Source: Zancudomyces culisetae HAW-14-8 (Eukaryota; Fungi; Kickxellomycota). Taken from it: 64,000 nt of DNA. The first letter of the stretch is position 1. Each line of letters starts with the position of its first letter. The stretch covers positions 310,001-374,000 of the forward strand of contig JBNJNM010000006.1 of the NCBI GenBank assembly GCA_052426225.1, read 5' to 3'. The notes under the pieces were generated by a model, which saw only the letters and a program-made list of their open reading frames with translations, was not told the DNA's origin and made no database searches. This document shows, in pieces, positions 1 to 13,440 of this stretch. Made by a program: the position numbers and the translations under genes.

Positions 1-505
1 AACTGGGTAAAATTACGCCCAACTCCTAAAATTTGGTGTGCAAAACAATTAATTTTGGTCAAAAAATTAGACTCTGATACCTTTCTGATACCCTTTGTAA
101 ATTGTGTTACGCTTCACTACCTATGTTTTTTTTGTTTTAGGTAGGTTTTTGCTCAAATTACAAATTTCAATTTTATAGAGTAAAATCAGGTATTTTAGAG
201 CTAATTTATATTATATTTATTGAATAACTTTTAAAAACAAAAAGATAAATCACCAAACTTGTGGTGGAGTTACTAGTAATATACTAGTACCTGACTAGCT
301 ATTTTATTAGAACTTTATATAATAGAAACTTAAAATAAAACAATTAAAACTTAATATTAAATCACTTTTTGGGTAATTTATTACCTAAGAAATCCCAGAT
401 TACTAGCTCGAACACCCGAGATAACGGTGGTTATTCGGTGTTTGAGAAGCTGTATGCTGTTCATCCAATAGTTTAGCTTGGATAGAACTAAGCATACAAC
501 ATGTT

Positions 506-758
506 TGTTGTGTGTTGCCATGTTTAACGTCCCATTAGTGTTTTTTACACCAAATAACACACGGGACGGGTCATTTTACTTACCTTTTACTATATGCTTC
601 GAATAATTATAAAGTTAATTTGATTTTGCAAAAGAGGACATTTATTTAGTTAAACAAAAATTTCGATTTTATACAATAAAATCTACAAAAAATCTAACTA
701 AAAATTACGTAACACAATTAACCAATGGAAATGTTTCGCCTATTGTAGTCATACAACA
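506..758. mobile_element. Solo LTR in a head-to-tail LTR stack
   Basis: TGTTGTG...ATACAACA termini, 4-bp TSD TGTT on both sides; resembles the reverse complement of the LTR at 32389-32622 (shared acacgggacgggtca). Confidence 0.75.
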
Positions 759-761
759 TGT

Positions 762-2268
762 TGTTATATATTATTTATATAATATAAGTATTTTACTATA
801 ATTGTTCTATAATATTTCTTCAAGTTATTGTTATTAACTATAAAAAGGTAATTATATATTTAACTAATTATTTTCTGTATGTTTTTCTTTATTTTGTCAA
901 ATAATTCCTTTTTTTTATACTTTTTTTTCTTTCTAAGTAAAAAATATTTTACTAAGATACTGAAACTAAACTTCTTTAATACTATAACAATAAATTACTA
1001 TTAAAATAATATGACATAACAAACGTTTGTATTTCGACACTATGAGTCATCAGAAAAAACTAGATGACGTTATTTTCATCGATATTGAAAAAAACTGATC
1101 CTCATTAGTTATCGGAAACTTATTATTTGTGCGTTTGCATGATGACTAATTAATTTGTCATCATGCTCTCCTGCCCACTAAATGACAGTGTGTGTTAGAT
1201 TCAATTTATTATGAATTCTAACTGGTACTACTAGAGGGGTGGTATCACTAGACTGGGTTTAACCCTTTTAACTAGTTACCACTTTCTAGTCATACAAAAT
1301 TATGGAACCGGAACATTTATATGGGTCAAAATTTGACAATTTATTTGAGATTCAAAATAATAATTTCTTAAATACTAAATTTTACTAGAAAAACTAATAA
1401 AATACTAACTATAAAATTAACCAATAGTATGCAAACATTCTATTTTGCATACAACATGTGTGTCAGAATTTTTAATTCTTTTGTCGGATGACGCCGACTT
1501 TCCCGTTTGCACAGGTATTTTGATTGATAACTATTTGATTAATTTTACTACCTGTAAACGGTAGGGCCCAGGTTCTTAATTATTGATTATAATAGTATAT
1601 ATTTAGAAATATACTATTAAGAGTTTTGCGAATAAAACTAGGTGAAATTTTTTTCAGTAAAGGAAATTTGTTTGTTTATATGAATTCCCTTTACTAATAT
1701 AAATTTTATAACTATATAAATGGATAATATAATAGACTACTTAATAAATTTAATAAAAAATGATCACCGCATTGTGAACAAAAAAACCCTTTGGTAGGAA
1801 AAAACACAATGAGGTGAATCAGTACATTAGGTCAATCATGATGTACTGATTTACTGCCATTGTTGTATGACACTGCAATGAAAGCGGTAAATTTAAGTTG
1901 ATGCTTTTGCATACAACATCTTGTCGTGAATATAAATTATTGGTAATTAAATAAGAGTAATAATGAATGTAATTTCCAAAATTGGTAATATTAAATTCAC
2001 GTAACATTGAAAAAATTTGAGAAAGTTACATCTGGTAATCCGAGAATGTTACAACCACTACATGAGAATTTGATATCCTGAAAATATCAATAAATCAACT
2101 ACACAGGGAAACATCATATTAATTTAGTATATTTAATTATTAGTTAGAGAAGTATAAATTTAGTGCTTAGTAAATTGGTTGTCATAATAAAGTATATTAA
2201 GGCAACAAATTTTTAAATAAATTCATTATCGAGTTTCGACTTCAAAATAAATTATAAATTATACGACA
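762..2268. mobile_element. Run of about four abutting solo LTRs (ends near 1016, 1456, 1918, 2268)
   Basis: Repeated ...ATAC(A/G)ACA ends followed within 3-4 nt by new TGT starts (1461, 1922, 2272); 1305-1456 is a near-identical inverted copy of 63293-63445. Confidence 0.6.
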
Positions 2269-2271
2269 TGT

Positions 2272-4938
2272 TGTCGTATACGGGATTCAGCAGGCTTTTT
2301 CTCATAGGGTTTTATTCCTACCTCATACTAACGAGTTTAATTATTAATTTTATCATTTTAATTTTAGTTTATTATTATAATTTAGCTATATTAACTTTTA
2401 ACTAGCTTTATTTATTACATTTAAACCAAGAATGTATTAATTAATTATTATGAATCATCGATATTGAATGATTCACATATAAAGTTTTTAAAATTTCAAA
2501 TCTATATAGAAGAACAATATGTCATTTAATCAACTTTATGACATTTTGCGAATCTAATAGTTATTATAGTATATATATAGGCAATTTCATAGTATTCAAT
2601 AATTGGTTTAAAAGTATTTAATAGGTCCAATTTTGTTTTAAATAAATTATATCTTCAGATCAAACAAAAATCAAAGTGCAATTTCTTAGCACGACAATTA
2701 TTGGTGATCCAGCCAGGACGGCTACAGGAAAATAGAAATTTTCAATATATTTGACAAACACATAATTTTTAAATATAATTTTTAATAAAAAACAATAGCC
2801 AGGAAGGCTAAAGGATAACATACATTTCCAAAATGATTGGAAAAAACAACAGTAGCAGCAGTGATAAAAGTAGCAGCAAGGACAACAGTAGCAGCAAGGA
2901 AAACAGTGGCAGCATAAATAGTAAGGATGAGCAAAACCAAAGACCCAACAGAACAAGTTTAATAAGTAGCAGTATTAAGGAACCCCAAGTATTTACAGGA
3001 AGCAGTAACCAAGAAGCAGTTAGGTTTGTAAGAAGATTTGAGTTGTACTCAAAAAGCGTAGGATGGGATGATGATGAAAAGTTGGAATATATTGTACTAT
3101 TCCTGGATGATAAAGCTTTAAATTGATATTAAAGTAATAGGAAAAGGTTAGGTTCATGGAAAGTATTTAAAAATGAGATCGTTGAAAAGTTTGACAAAGC
3201 AGAATCTGAGTTATTTTATTGGCAGGAGTTGCTTAGGATTAAACTGGGAACTAAAGAAGAGTTAGAAGAATTTATAACTAGATTGGATAGACTGTTCATG
3301 ACGTCTAAAACAGAAGATGAAGACATAAAACTAAAATGTTTTCTTTCGGCAATACTACCATCATACTGTTAGGAATTGTTTCAAATAATTAAATAAATTC
3401 ATGTTTACATAATTCTCCATGACCAAATCAAGAAGGTTATAAAATGTAATTGTAACCATATACAAATTACTATTCTGTAACTAAGTACAAATTAATTAAA
3501 TGTAACTAAGTACAAATTATTAAATTAATCTATCCAAGTCAAGTAAAAAATGAATAACGCGATGAAATTCCGTTATAAAAATATAAACAGACCATTTTAG
3601 GAAATTGAAACCTAGAAAGAATTCCGAAACTAATAATTCAAAGAATCGTCAGAATAACATGAATGACGCAATCATTGACACACTAAACTCACGATAGTTA
3701 ATCACATCAGTTACTCATAAGTTAAATAGTCAAATTAATAGTTTGATAGCAACTTTATTTACGAAAATTTTATATGGAAAAATCTCTGGAGTAAAAGTAT
3801 AAAAACCCTTTCGAAATCCATTGAAAGAGAACTTCAGAGAAAAATATCTTATTCATTATTGAATACCATATTTTTCTAAATAATATAATAGTAATAAATA
3901 AATAATCTTATAATATTCAAGTCTTAACGAGCATAGGACAAAGTTCTGCGGAGTTGGTCCACGGACAAAAGTTAAATATTCCTGCACTTTGGAACCAATA
4001 TACCATACAAGCGGATGATAACAGAACAACAAACTTCAATATTTTAGAAAAACATAAAGGGATATAGAAAAAAATCATTCGATTTGAACCCAAAAATAAA
4101 ATTAATTAACAAGAAAAGATACAACAAGCATATAAGAAAAAGGTCATTTAACTTAGGAGTTCAAGTTCTTAATAATAATAAAGATATTCTAGGAATTATG
4201 ATGAACGGATCAGGTGCTTACTGTATTACAAACAAATTAGGACATGGGATCTATAAATATATTGCGACGAAGTGTTATAAACAAGAGCTGCTTATAACTT
4301 GGACCGTGGATTAGTTATGCTTGATTAATATTTTTAGGTAGAAGTCGGTATTTAGAAAAATATAATATTAGATGTGTTAATAAATATATATTTATCTCGT
4401 TGTATCCCAACGGAATTTCGAAGGGTTTATTTAATTTTTCATCAGAGAATTTTACTATGAAGTAAACTTGAAGACATAAAGTTTAGCTATAAAATTTGAC
4501 TATGTAAAATTGTACTAGTTTAAGATATCTACTTATCGTTAAACTTTTGATTTATATTTGTTGATTTTAACATAGATTTGGTTTATCAATTGTAACAATG
4601 ATTTTGTTTATCGATTTTATCATGGTTTTTGTTTATCGATTTTGGCATTGATTTTATTTATCGATTTTGGGATTGATTTTATTTATCGAGTTTATCAATG
4701 ATTTGGTTTAACTTATTTTTTACAATATTTTCGTTAGTATTAATTATTTGAAAATTTCTAATTTTTTTTGTGAATTTTCTCAATAATAAAATCAGTGAAT
4801 TCATGGTGAATTTCGCAAACATGATACCAAGGTCGGAATGGCATAAATGAAGGCCATAAATGAAATAAATATTTGATAAAATTTTTGTAGGCCAAAATGA
4901 AATAAAAATTATGTTCCGGGAATTGGCCTTTCTTAACA
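2272..4938 (+). mobile_element. Decayed or chimeric Ty3/Gypsy element: 5' LTR 2272-2696, PBS, gag remnant 2833-3366, integrase C-terminal remnant 3930-4272, LTR 4273-4938
   Basis: LTR end ACGACA followed by PBS TGGTGATCCAGCCAGG (resembles complement of a tRNA-Val 3' end); gag-like text FTGS..FVRRFELY..GWDD with a stop; the two LTRs are of different families. Confidence 0.7.
3367..3928. mobile_element. Solo LTR (same family as 43000-43563), replacing most of pol of the host element
   Basis: TGTTAGGA start; highly similar over its length to 43000-43563. Confidence 0.8.
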
Positions 4939-5029
4939 GAGTTGATATGTATATTTTCAATATTAGTATTTATCATATTATATTGTACGTGTGCGTGTGC
5001 GTGTGCGTGTTCATGTTCTCATTATCGTT

Positions 5030-6165
5030 CTCGTGATACAAAAGTCGCGTATATCTTCAGGAATATGAACAGTATGCACTCTTATTTTAACTGATGGGTC
5101 TGCCTTGAAATCTGGACTATATAAGGTAATTATTCGTCCAGTAAACGCGGATATTGTTTAAATATATGCTTTACACTTATATTCCTACTTTGCTCTACAT
5201 CGGTTATATGTATTTGTTGATTTCTATTTAGTTCTCTCGAATTAAAATCTTCAAATATTAAACCATCATGTATCCCATATGGAGTCTCTGGTACTATTGG
5301 GTTAAAATCCTTTAATCCTTTCAAAGTAGATACTATATGTGCATTTTCAAACAATGACTCGGCAAATAATGTCTTTCCTATTCCACTTTTTCCCCAAACA
5401 TATAAAGCTTTCTTTTCTCTTTCCCATTTTTCTACTCCTGGAACTGGTTTAAACTTGTACTTCTGAAGAATTAATGCTCAGATTGTTAATCCGATCTTTA
5501 GAGCTAATTTGATCCTTTTCGATGTTCGATTTGTGCAATAACTCTAGTGTTTACTTCATCAGCCAATTGTCGAATCTCAGCTCATGTATTTCCAAATGTA
5601 GCAAGCTTTGCCTATGTACCTGATGCGTCATTTAAACATTTTTGGTGTATCGCGTTGTGTGGTACTATCTGTTTTATTTCTGTTGTACATCGTTTGAATA
5701 TTTATAATACATTTCGTTATTATTACAATATCTTTAATTTTTAAACTGGATATTTAATAATAATACTTGTGTTTTTTAATTATCGCATCCAGTTTCACTT
5801 GAAACTATTAGTTATGTAATCTCCATCCTTCACAACATATGATAAACTACTAGCATATACCGAGCAGCTTGGTAGGTATCGTGGATAGTAACACCAGTTG
5901 TTGTATTCTGATTCTGATCTACATTTGATCTTCATTGATTATAATCAGGACCAACAACATTAAATGTATTTTGTGAGCGCAAATTCAGCTTTGCGTAATA
6001 CAAGTACGCGTGAGCGTGTTTTTTTCCATCCTCATGTTCCTCCTTACATATTACATATACGAATATGCAATTAATTCGATTTTTTGATTTATATGTTTAA
6101 AACTGTTTATTAACTTTTATTTGTATGTGGATAAGTTATAAATAAGCTTTGCACTTATTCTATAA
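5030..6165 (-). pseudogene. rep: Endogenous CRESS-DNA virus Rep (geminivirus/genomovirus-like HUH endonuclease plus SF3 helicase), frameshifted
   Basis: Manual minus-strand translation gives motif I YRISAK/LFITYP, motif II CKEEHEDGKKHAHAY, motif III YVVKDGDY, Walker A VWGKSGIGKT and Walker B GLIFED, in the correct order. Confidence 0.88.
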
Positions 6166-6419
6166 TAATTCTATTTTACTAGTTGAAATAGTGAGTATAT
6201 TCATATTTTGGATACGTCGTTATGTCATTGTTGAGATTTTGTGTTTTAATAGATTATTATAAGTTGTTCTGGTTAGCTTTTAAAATTTAAGTTCTTAGTT
6301 GTTGGGTTATAATTCATATTGACGTATATCGTGTATTCAGTAAAAAATGATAAGTTATTATAACCAAATATATGCTATAATTGATCTACGGCTAGAATTA
6401 TACAAATAATTTTATATAC

Positions 6420-8018
6420 CATTGACTCTAAATATTGTAAAAATGTTAATGATGTTCATTATTAAAAAATTATATCTCATGAATACATATCTTTTCACAT
6501 TAAATTTTAAAAAATTATACATCCATATACAATGTGTAACCTAATAATTATTTAGAATACTTGAACCAGCCAAACAATTGCGTTAAAATATAGGAAAAAT
6601 ATTTTATAAGAACAATTTTTTGGTTTAAAATAAAATTATCATATTGGTGATATTTTTTTCAAAATGTTAGATATCATTTAAAAAATTAATTCAATACTAA
6701 ATCAAACCAACTACAAATACACAATTATTATATTATTAATTATAAATTTTTGATCAATTTAAATACGATGAAAAAACTCAATATGAAAAAGTTTGGAGTA
6801 TTATAAATCTGCTGGATTATGGATACTCATTTAGCCTAATTGCATCTAAACTATCTTTTAGTAAAGGGACAATATCTAACATATAAAAAAAGTATCGTCC
6901 GTCAATAAAAAATATATCACCTGGCAGCCCAAATAAATTGACAAAAGCAAATGAGCGATAAATAATTCGGAAAATTACGTCTGGACAATTTGATACAGCG
7001 ACAGACGCTACAAATTTCTCAAGGATATGGCCTCGTAACTATGTTACTTCAAGCAGTGCGAAATAGCTTGAATATTAATGGTTTTTATGCAAAACCTAAG
7101 GTCAAAAAACCTATGCTAAAATTAGGCCATATTAAACAACGACTTGCATTTGCCTAAAAATATCAGCATTGCACTGTAGAAGACTGGAAACGTGTGATAT
7201 GATCTGATAAGACGAAAATTAACAGATATGGATCAGATGGGCGCTTGTGGTGCTGGAAAAAATAAGGGAGCCAGTTAAAACCGAACCATGTTAAAAAACT
7301 ATAAAACATGGTGGAGGTTCAATCATGATATGGGGATGCATGACTTCAGAAGGCCCAGGATATCTTACTATAATTGATTGCTGACTTAATGCAGAATTGT
7401 ACTGTGATATTCTTGAAGACGAACTGGTAAAATCAATGGAGTGGTACGACTTAGACAGGGTTAGTACAATTTTTCAGCATGATAACGATCCAAAACACAC
7501 CGATGAAATTACTAAAGAATGATTGCAAATAACTCAATTCAGGCGCTTGACTGGCCAGCGCAGTCACCTGACCTAAATCCAATTGAACATCTATGGGTCA
7601 ATTTGAAAAGACGGCTATCAAATCACGAAAAAGCACCAAAAGGGATGAACGAACTTTGAGACCGCGTACAAGACGAGTGGAATAATATATCACGTGACGA
7701 GTGTAAGTCGCTAATCAGTATCATGCCAACAAGAATTAATGTTCTATTGAAAGCTAGGGGTTGATATACTAAATACTTGTATAATCACGTACATATAATT
7801 TTTTATTATTAGCAATAAAATTGTTCAAATATATATAATTACAAAAAGTATATCTACAGTTGATTGGCTGGTTCAAGTATTCTAAAATTTTGATAGGTAA
7901 TACATGGTATATAGACGTATAATTTTGTTAAATATATTGAGATACGATATAATATTCGTGAGATATACTAATTTTTGAATGAACATCAAAAACATTTGAA
8001 CAATTTTTTGAGTTACTG
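6420..8018 (+). mobile_element. Tc1/mariner (DD34E) transposon, decayed
   Basis: Long imperfect TIRs (~6420-6585 and ~7855-8018) ending at TA; transposase remnants [36 protein letters not shown] with stops and frameshifts. Confidence 0.9.
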
Positions 8019-8804
8019 TATATAAATTAAATTTATAAATGATAATTCAAGTTCAATTCTGATAACTTTTAAATCTAATAATTAACATGAATTAATTTAT
8101 TAATTAACAAACTCAACAATGTTAAGATTGGATATAGGATATATCAAAACTATATATCCAATATAATTATTAATTTTAGAAAAATTATAATCAATAAATA
8201 CAATAATCTAACATTATGCTTTTTAATGTATAATATTATACTATACGACAAATAATCAAATAATATTGTCAAATTATTATTAGATTGTGAATTTCAGTTT
8301 GTATTAATGTGTAATTATATATTATAATTTATTTCATTATTATCTTGAATATTTAATTATGTTTATTTTCTTATATTAGTAATTAAAGATTAGATATTAA
8401 ATTATACAATTAATTTATATATATCCTAAACATGTATTATATTTATAGTACTAAAAGGCTAAAAGTATTATTATCCTGTATTAATGTATATTTTAATCTT
8501 TTATACTAAATTATATGTCAAACTATCATTTTTATTATTATGATAATTTAATAGGATTTTATATAGGATAGTTGAAATACTAATGTATATTATTTAATTA
8601 CGCACTCACATTTACAAATAGAATTCAAATTGTTTTATTTAAAAAGTATTATGCAAATTTATTCTTAAATTAATTCTAACGTTTTAAAGTACCAATTATT
8701 AAATAATAAATATTATTTATTATTTTAAACTAACAAGTAAGGTAAATTAATATAAAAACAATTCTTATAGTAATCAAAATATATAAATAGAATAATATAT
8801 TTAT

Positions 8805-8931
8805 TGTTACGGGCTGGATGATACTGGGTATATTTAACAAGATTAGAAAACTTAAGGTATCAAATTAATATAATTCTATTGGTTAAATAAAGGATTCTGG
8901 GTGATATCTATAATAATTGGGTTATGGGACA
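8805..8931. mobile_element. Short solo LTR (inverted relative at ~42878-42999)
   Basis: TGTTAC...GGGACA termini; second copy in window. Confidence 0.65.
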
Positions 8932-9328
8932 TAACATCTATAATACTTATCTTAAATGAATATTTTAGTCGTATAAAAATAATTGGGAAAACAATTTCAT
9001 TATATGACAATACTAGGAAACCAGGTTTAGAATAAATTATATTATATAAAAACTGGTTTTTAGATTATCAATTTCCCATAAAAATATATTATGTCACGAG
9101 TTTCTTTATGTGAATAGATTGATTAATTTTACTATATAGTGCATAAATTTGTTTTTACACTGTAAAATAAATATTTATACATTTTAAACTTAAATTTACA
9201 TAAATTATTTAGTCGGAAGTTTAATATAATAATGTATGTGTAAAAATCACCTGAATACTATGATATAGGCAATACTAAATATACTAATTATTTCTAGATT
9301 GTGAAGTTAGCTTGGTAAGTGCTGCTAT

Positions 9329-9750
9329 TGTCGTATAGCGAGCATACGATGGAAGATCCTAGGTTGATTTTAAAGTAAACATTAATTTTTATACTATTTG
9401 TTTTGACTTCTTAACTAACTATATATTATTAACTTAGTAATATTAGTTTTTATACATATATTTTAGGATATATATTTATACTATGTTGTAGAAACTAAAA
9501 TTATAGTTTAATAGATATATTGTATAAATAGAGTATTTACCGACTCTATGAATAAGTGTGCAATAAATAAAGTAATACTATAACAAAGTAATATTAGTAT
9601 CTTAGTGTAACCTTTCATAATTAATTTTTTATTGAGTAAAATATAGATATAATATAAGTTTTAATAACAATAATAATAAATAAAATAACTGTTACAATAG
9701 CAAGCAAGACAATACTCCTTAACAGAACTATTCAGTTGGATATTATACAA
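9329..9750. mobile_element. Old solo LTR (family also at ~28512-28943)
   Basis: TGTCGTATA start; 3' 250 nt similar to 28700-28943. Confidence 0.55.
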
Positions 9751-10379
9751 CTCTAAGTGATACCATTTGTTCTTTCAGTTTTTCCATTTTTTTTTGGGTG
9801 GTAATCCGATGTTAACTTGTGGCTAACTTTTATAGTTTTTAAGTAGATTCTAAAAGTTTCAGACACAAACTGTTTTTATCTGTTTGAGATAATTTCCTTG
9901 TGGCACCCAAAAAATAATAATATCTTTAAGTATATAAAATTAGATACGGTTAGTGTTATGAACCAATATGTTTATATTTGTGTTTATTATATTAAGAAAA
10001 ATATTAACTTAAAGATATGAGAATATTTTTCATTGACGATTTCCACAACGAAATTCGTCGGGTTTAAATACTTTTTCGATAGTGAATTTTTTCGAAATAA
10101 AAACAAGGTCGCGAGGCCTTGTTTATCGAAGAAAAAACATTTTCTTACTTCGAATATAAGTGAAGGGGTTTGACTCTTACATGTTTCATGACTCAATTTT
10201 CACTAAGTTTCTACATTGATGTTTTGATTTATGTAAAATAGTTATTATGTGAAAATTGAATTGGTAATAAATTAGTTATTTGATTCATAATGCATTTACG
10301 TAACTATACTAAATAGGACTAAATGATTACTAATTTAAAATAAACTAAATTGAAAAAAGATTATGTAAGATAAATTTTG

Positions 10380-13300
10380 ATACAATGTCCTATTCATAAA
10401 GTTAGGCCGTATAGTCAACGGTGGCCTCCATGACTACCCAACTGGTGAATTAGTTGACTGCAACTCATATCCAGCGATTCCCCTGTCGAGTTCTAGAAAA
10501 TGACCGATATATTCGATCCTTCACCTTGTATATGCATCTTCTGGCTGGATAATTGGGTGCAGCGGTACCTTATACCCTTCGTTATTCCGTATGCCTGGAA
10601 CTCACTGCAGGTACTTATGGTTGCTGCTATGGTGGTCCTCATGTTTTGCCACCAGTATCTCAGTCTCACGAGATATTTGACATTGTTTATTTCTAGGTGA
10701 GCCAACCCAACATGGTAGGTATTTATTAACTATTTACTATTTGTTTCTTCTATATATGGAAAGTTTTATTATTTAATTTCCTGAAAAGTTTCCCAATATT
10801 AATAATACAGTTGTATTTTCATTCTCAAAGTGACTTCTATTTCCTCATCTGAAGAATTAAATTATTTAACAGAAATTCTTTTAGTTTAAGTGCCCATTAC
10901 ACAGGTGTTAATGTAGAAATAGGTATTAACTGCACTTTCATGGATTAGGCGTCAGATACAATGTTTTCTTTGCCTGGAATACATTCGACTTTTGGAGCTA
11001 TGTGTTGCCACTCGTCCAGCCTTCGCGCTATTCTGTTTGACGGGACTTGGTCTTCAAATATACCGGTAATTGTTTTATGATCTGTATAAATTGTTAATCC
11101 ATTTTCGCAATAATGTTTCCGTTACTTTAAGGCGTGGATTATTGCTAACATTTCTTTTTCTCTAGTTGAATAGTTTTTATCAGCTTGATTCAGCAGACAG
11201 GACTCGAAGGCAATTGGAGTTCGACCATGGTCTTTTTCTTGGGACAGGACCGCTCCAATTACTGTGCCGCTGGTGTCGGTAACCAGATTAAACGGTATTG
11301 TCCAGTCTGATGGATACAATTCACATGCATCGGAAAGATTCTCTTTTAAATTACTAAATGCTACAATACCTCAGGCTTCCATTTTACTTTTTCTTGTAAC
11401 TTTTCATAACATGATATTTGTAGGTACAACGGTTCTGCGATCTTTGAAAACCCAGGTATGAATTTTCGATAGTAATTCGAGAGTCCCAGAAACGATAGCA
11501 TTTGACGAACGTTTTCTGGCTTTTTCAAGTTATTTATTGTCTCAATCTTATCTCTGCACGGTTTTATAGTTCCGCTATTTATATGGTGTTCTAAGAAGGA
11601 CAATTCTTCTACTCCAAATAAACATTTATTTTTGTTCAATATCATCTCGTTCTCCTAGTACTTCTTTAGTACCAATTCTAGATGTTTTTTATGTTCGTCT
11701 TGGTTTCTTGAATAAATTATTATATCATCCAAATATACGATGACAAATTTGTCCAGAAAAGGTCTTAACATGTCATTCAATAATCTTTGGAAGGTACTAG
11801 GGGCATTGCACAACCCGAACGGCATTGCTAAAAGTTCATACCCTCCATACCTTGTGTTAAAGCTTTTTTTTCTACTGATTTTGGGTCCATTCGGATCTGA
11901 TGGTATCCACTTCTCAGATCTAGTGAAGAAAACATTTTAGCGTTGTGGAGTCTGTCAAGGCAATCATCTATCCTCGGAAAAGGATATCTGTCTTTAATGG
12001 TAACTTTATTAAGAGCACGATAGTCTACGCACATTCTGTAGCTACCGTCTCGCTTTTTTACCAAAAGCACAGGGCTTGCCCACGGTGATGTGGAAGGCCT
12101 GATGATTCCTTGTTTTAACAGCTTGTCTACCTGTTGTTTAACTTCAGTTAATTGTTTTTCACCCATCCAATATGGTGGTCTTGCTACTGGTTCATTTTCC
12201 CCGTTTCAATTTTATGTTGGATTTTTCTTTCTGGTGGTAAAAAAATTTTTGTATAATCAAATAATTTTTCATATTTTGAAACTGTATCTTTCATTTTTGA
12301 TTTTTCTGAAAATAAATTTAAATTTATTTCTTCTCTAATTTGAATATAGAATACTTCTTCAACTTGATTCTTCTTAAATAACTTCGACATTTTGTTCCTC
12401 GATATAACTTTTGTTTCAGAAGTTGAGTATAATAAATATTGTTTATATTATTGTAACCATACCAAACTTTCTTGGTATAATCAAAACTAATCTTATATTT
12501 TAGCCAAAAATAGAACCCTAGGATAAGATCAAAGTTCGATATACCGATTACGAATGCGTTAGTACGAATTATTGTTCCGTTTAGAGTTAAGTCAAAACTT
12601 GTTTGCATATCGCATTGTACATTTTTTCTATTGGCTAGCTTTATAGTTATGTCTTTTACTTTATAAGTTTTTAAATTTAAATTTTTTGTTGTTTCAACTG
12701 AAATAAGTTGGAGGTTGCACCAGAGTCGAGTAAGGTTTTAATATTTTTGTTGTTTACTTTTGTTGTGATTTCGGGATGATTATAGTCCGTTTTGAGGTTA
12801 CCCAGACTAAATATTTTGTCAAAATCAATCATCTTTGTATCCTCTTTATTTTCTAAACTGAGCTCCAATGTTTCTTTCTCATGTTGTTAGGTAAAGTTTT
12901 TGTTCCGTCGTCGCTGTCGATTCTGTCGCTGTTCTCTTCGGACTCCGTTTTCTCGTCGACGTCGATAATTTTCGGTGGTTCCCTGTATTCTGTCCACTTT
13001 TTGTCGTTTTTATTGATTTGTCTCGGTGCAAACCTATACGAATTCGAGGTGGTTTGTCTATTGTATTTTTTCTGTGTGTATTCTTCTTTAGTTATTATTT
13101 TTGTAAATTTTTTTTATGTATTAACATTATTTGTTCTTTTATGTTTATTGTATTTTTTATACATTCTTGTTTTTTATCAATATATTACTATCAAAACCAT
13201 TAGTATTGTTATAAAAAAAATGTCATATAAAACTATCTTCTTTGGGGTTCGGTGTTTTCGGGTTTATGAGTATTCCCCCTACTGGAAACTATTGACTTTT

Positions 13301-13440
13301 CCCCGGCACTCTCTCGAGGTTTGGCTGTGTTTGCCGTAGTTAAAACAAATTATGTTTCTTATGATGTACTCCTTTTCTTCTTTCGAATATGTATCAATTG
13401 GCGCACTATCGTGTGTCGGATCGGTGTACACAAATTTTTG
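10380..13440 (-). mobile_element. Decayed Ty3/Gypsy internal region (gag zinc knuckle, PR, RT, RNase H, start of integrase)
   Basis: ORF fragments LLDSGATSN, SPWASPVLLVKK..RMCVDYRALN, YLDD, LVTDTSG..IGAVLSQ, YWWQNM; many stops and frameshifts. Confidence 0.9.

Noticed and set aside
10030-10150. Cluster of hairpins including AAACAAGGTCGCGAGGCCTTGTTT (Helitron end or viral origin)
   Set aside because: No CTRR terminus at the expected distance, no nonanucleotide loop, single copy
12881-13339. Hydrophobic plus-strand ORFs here and other short antisense ORFs over gag-pol genes
   Set aside because: Shadows of A-rich coding strands; no independent support
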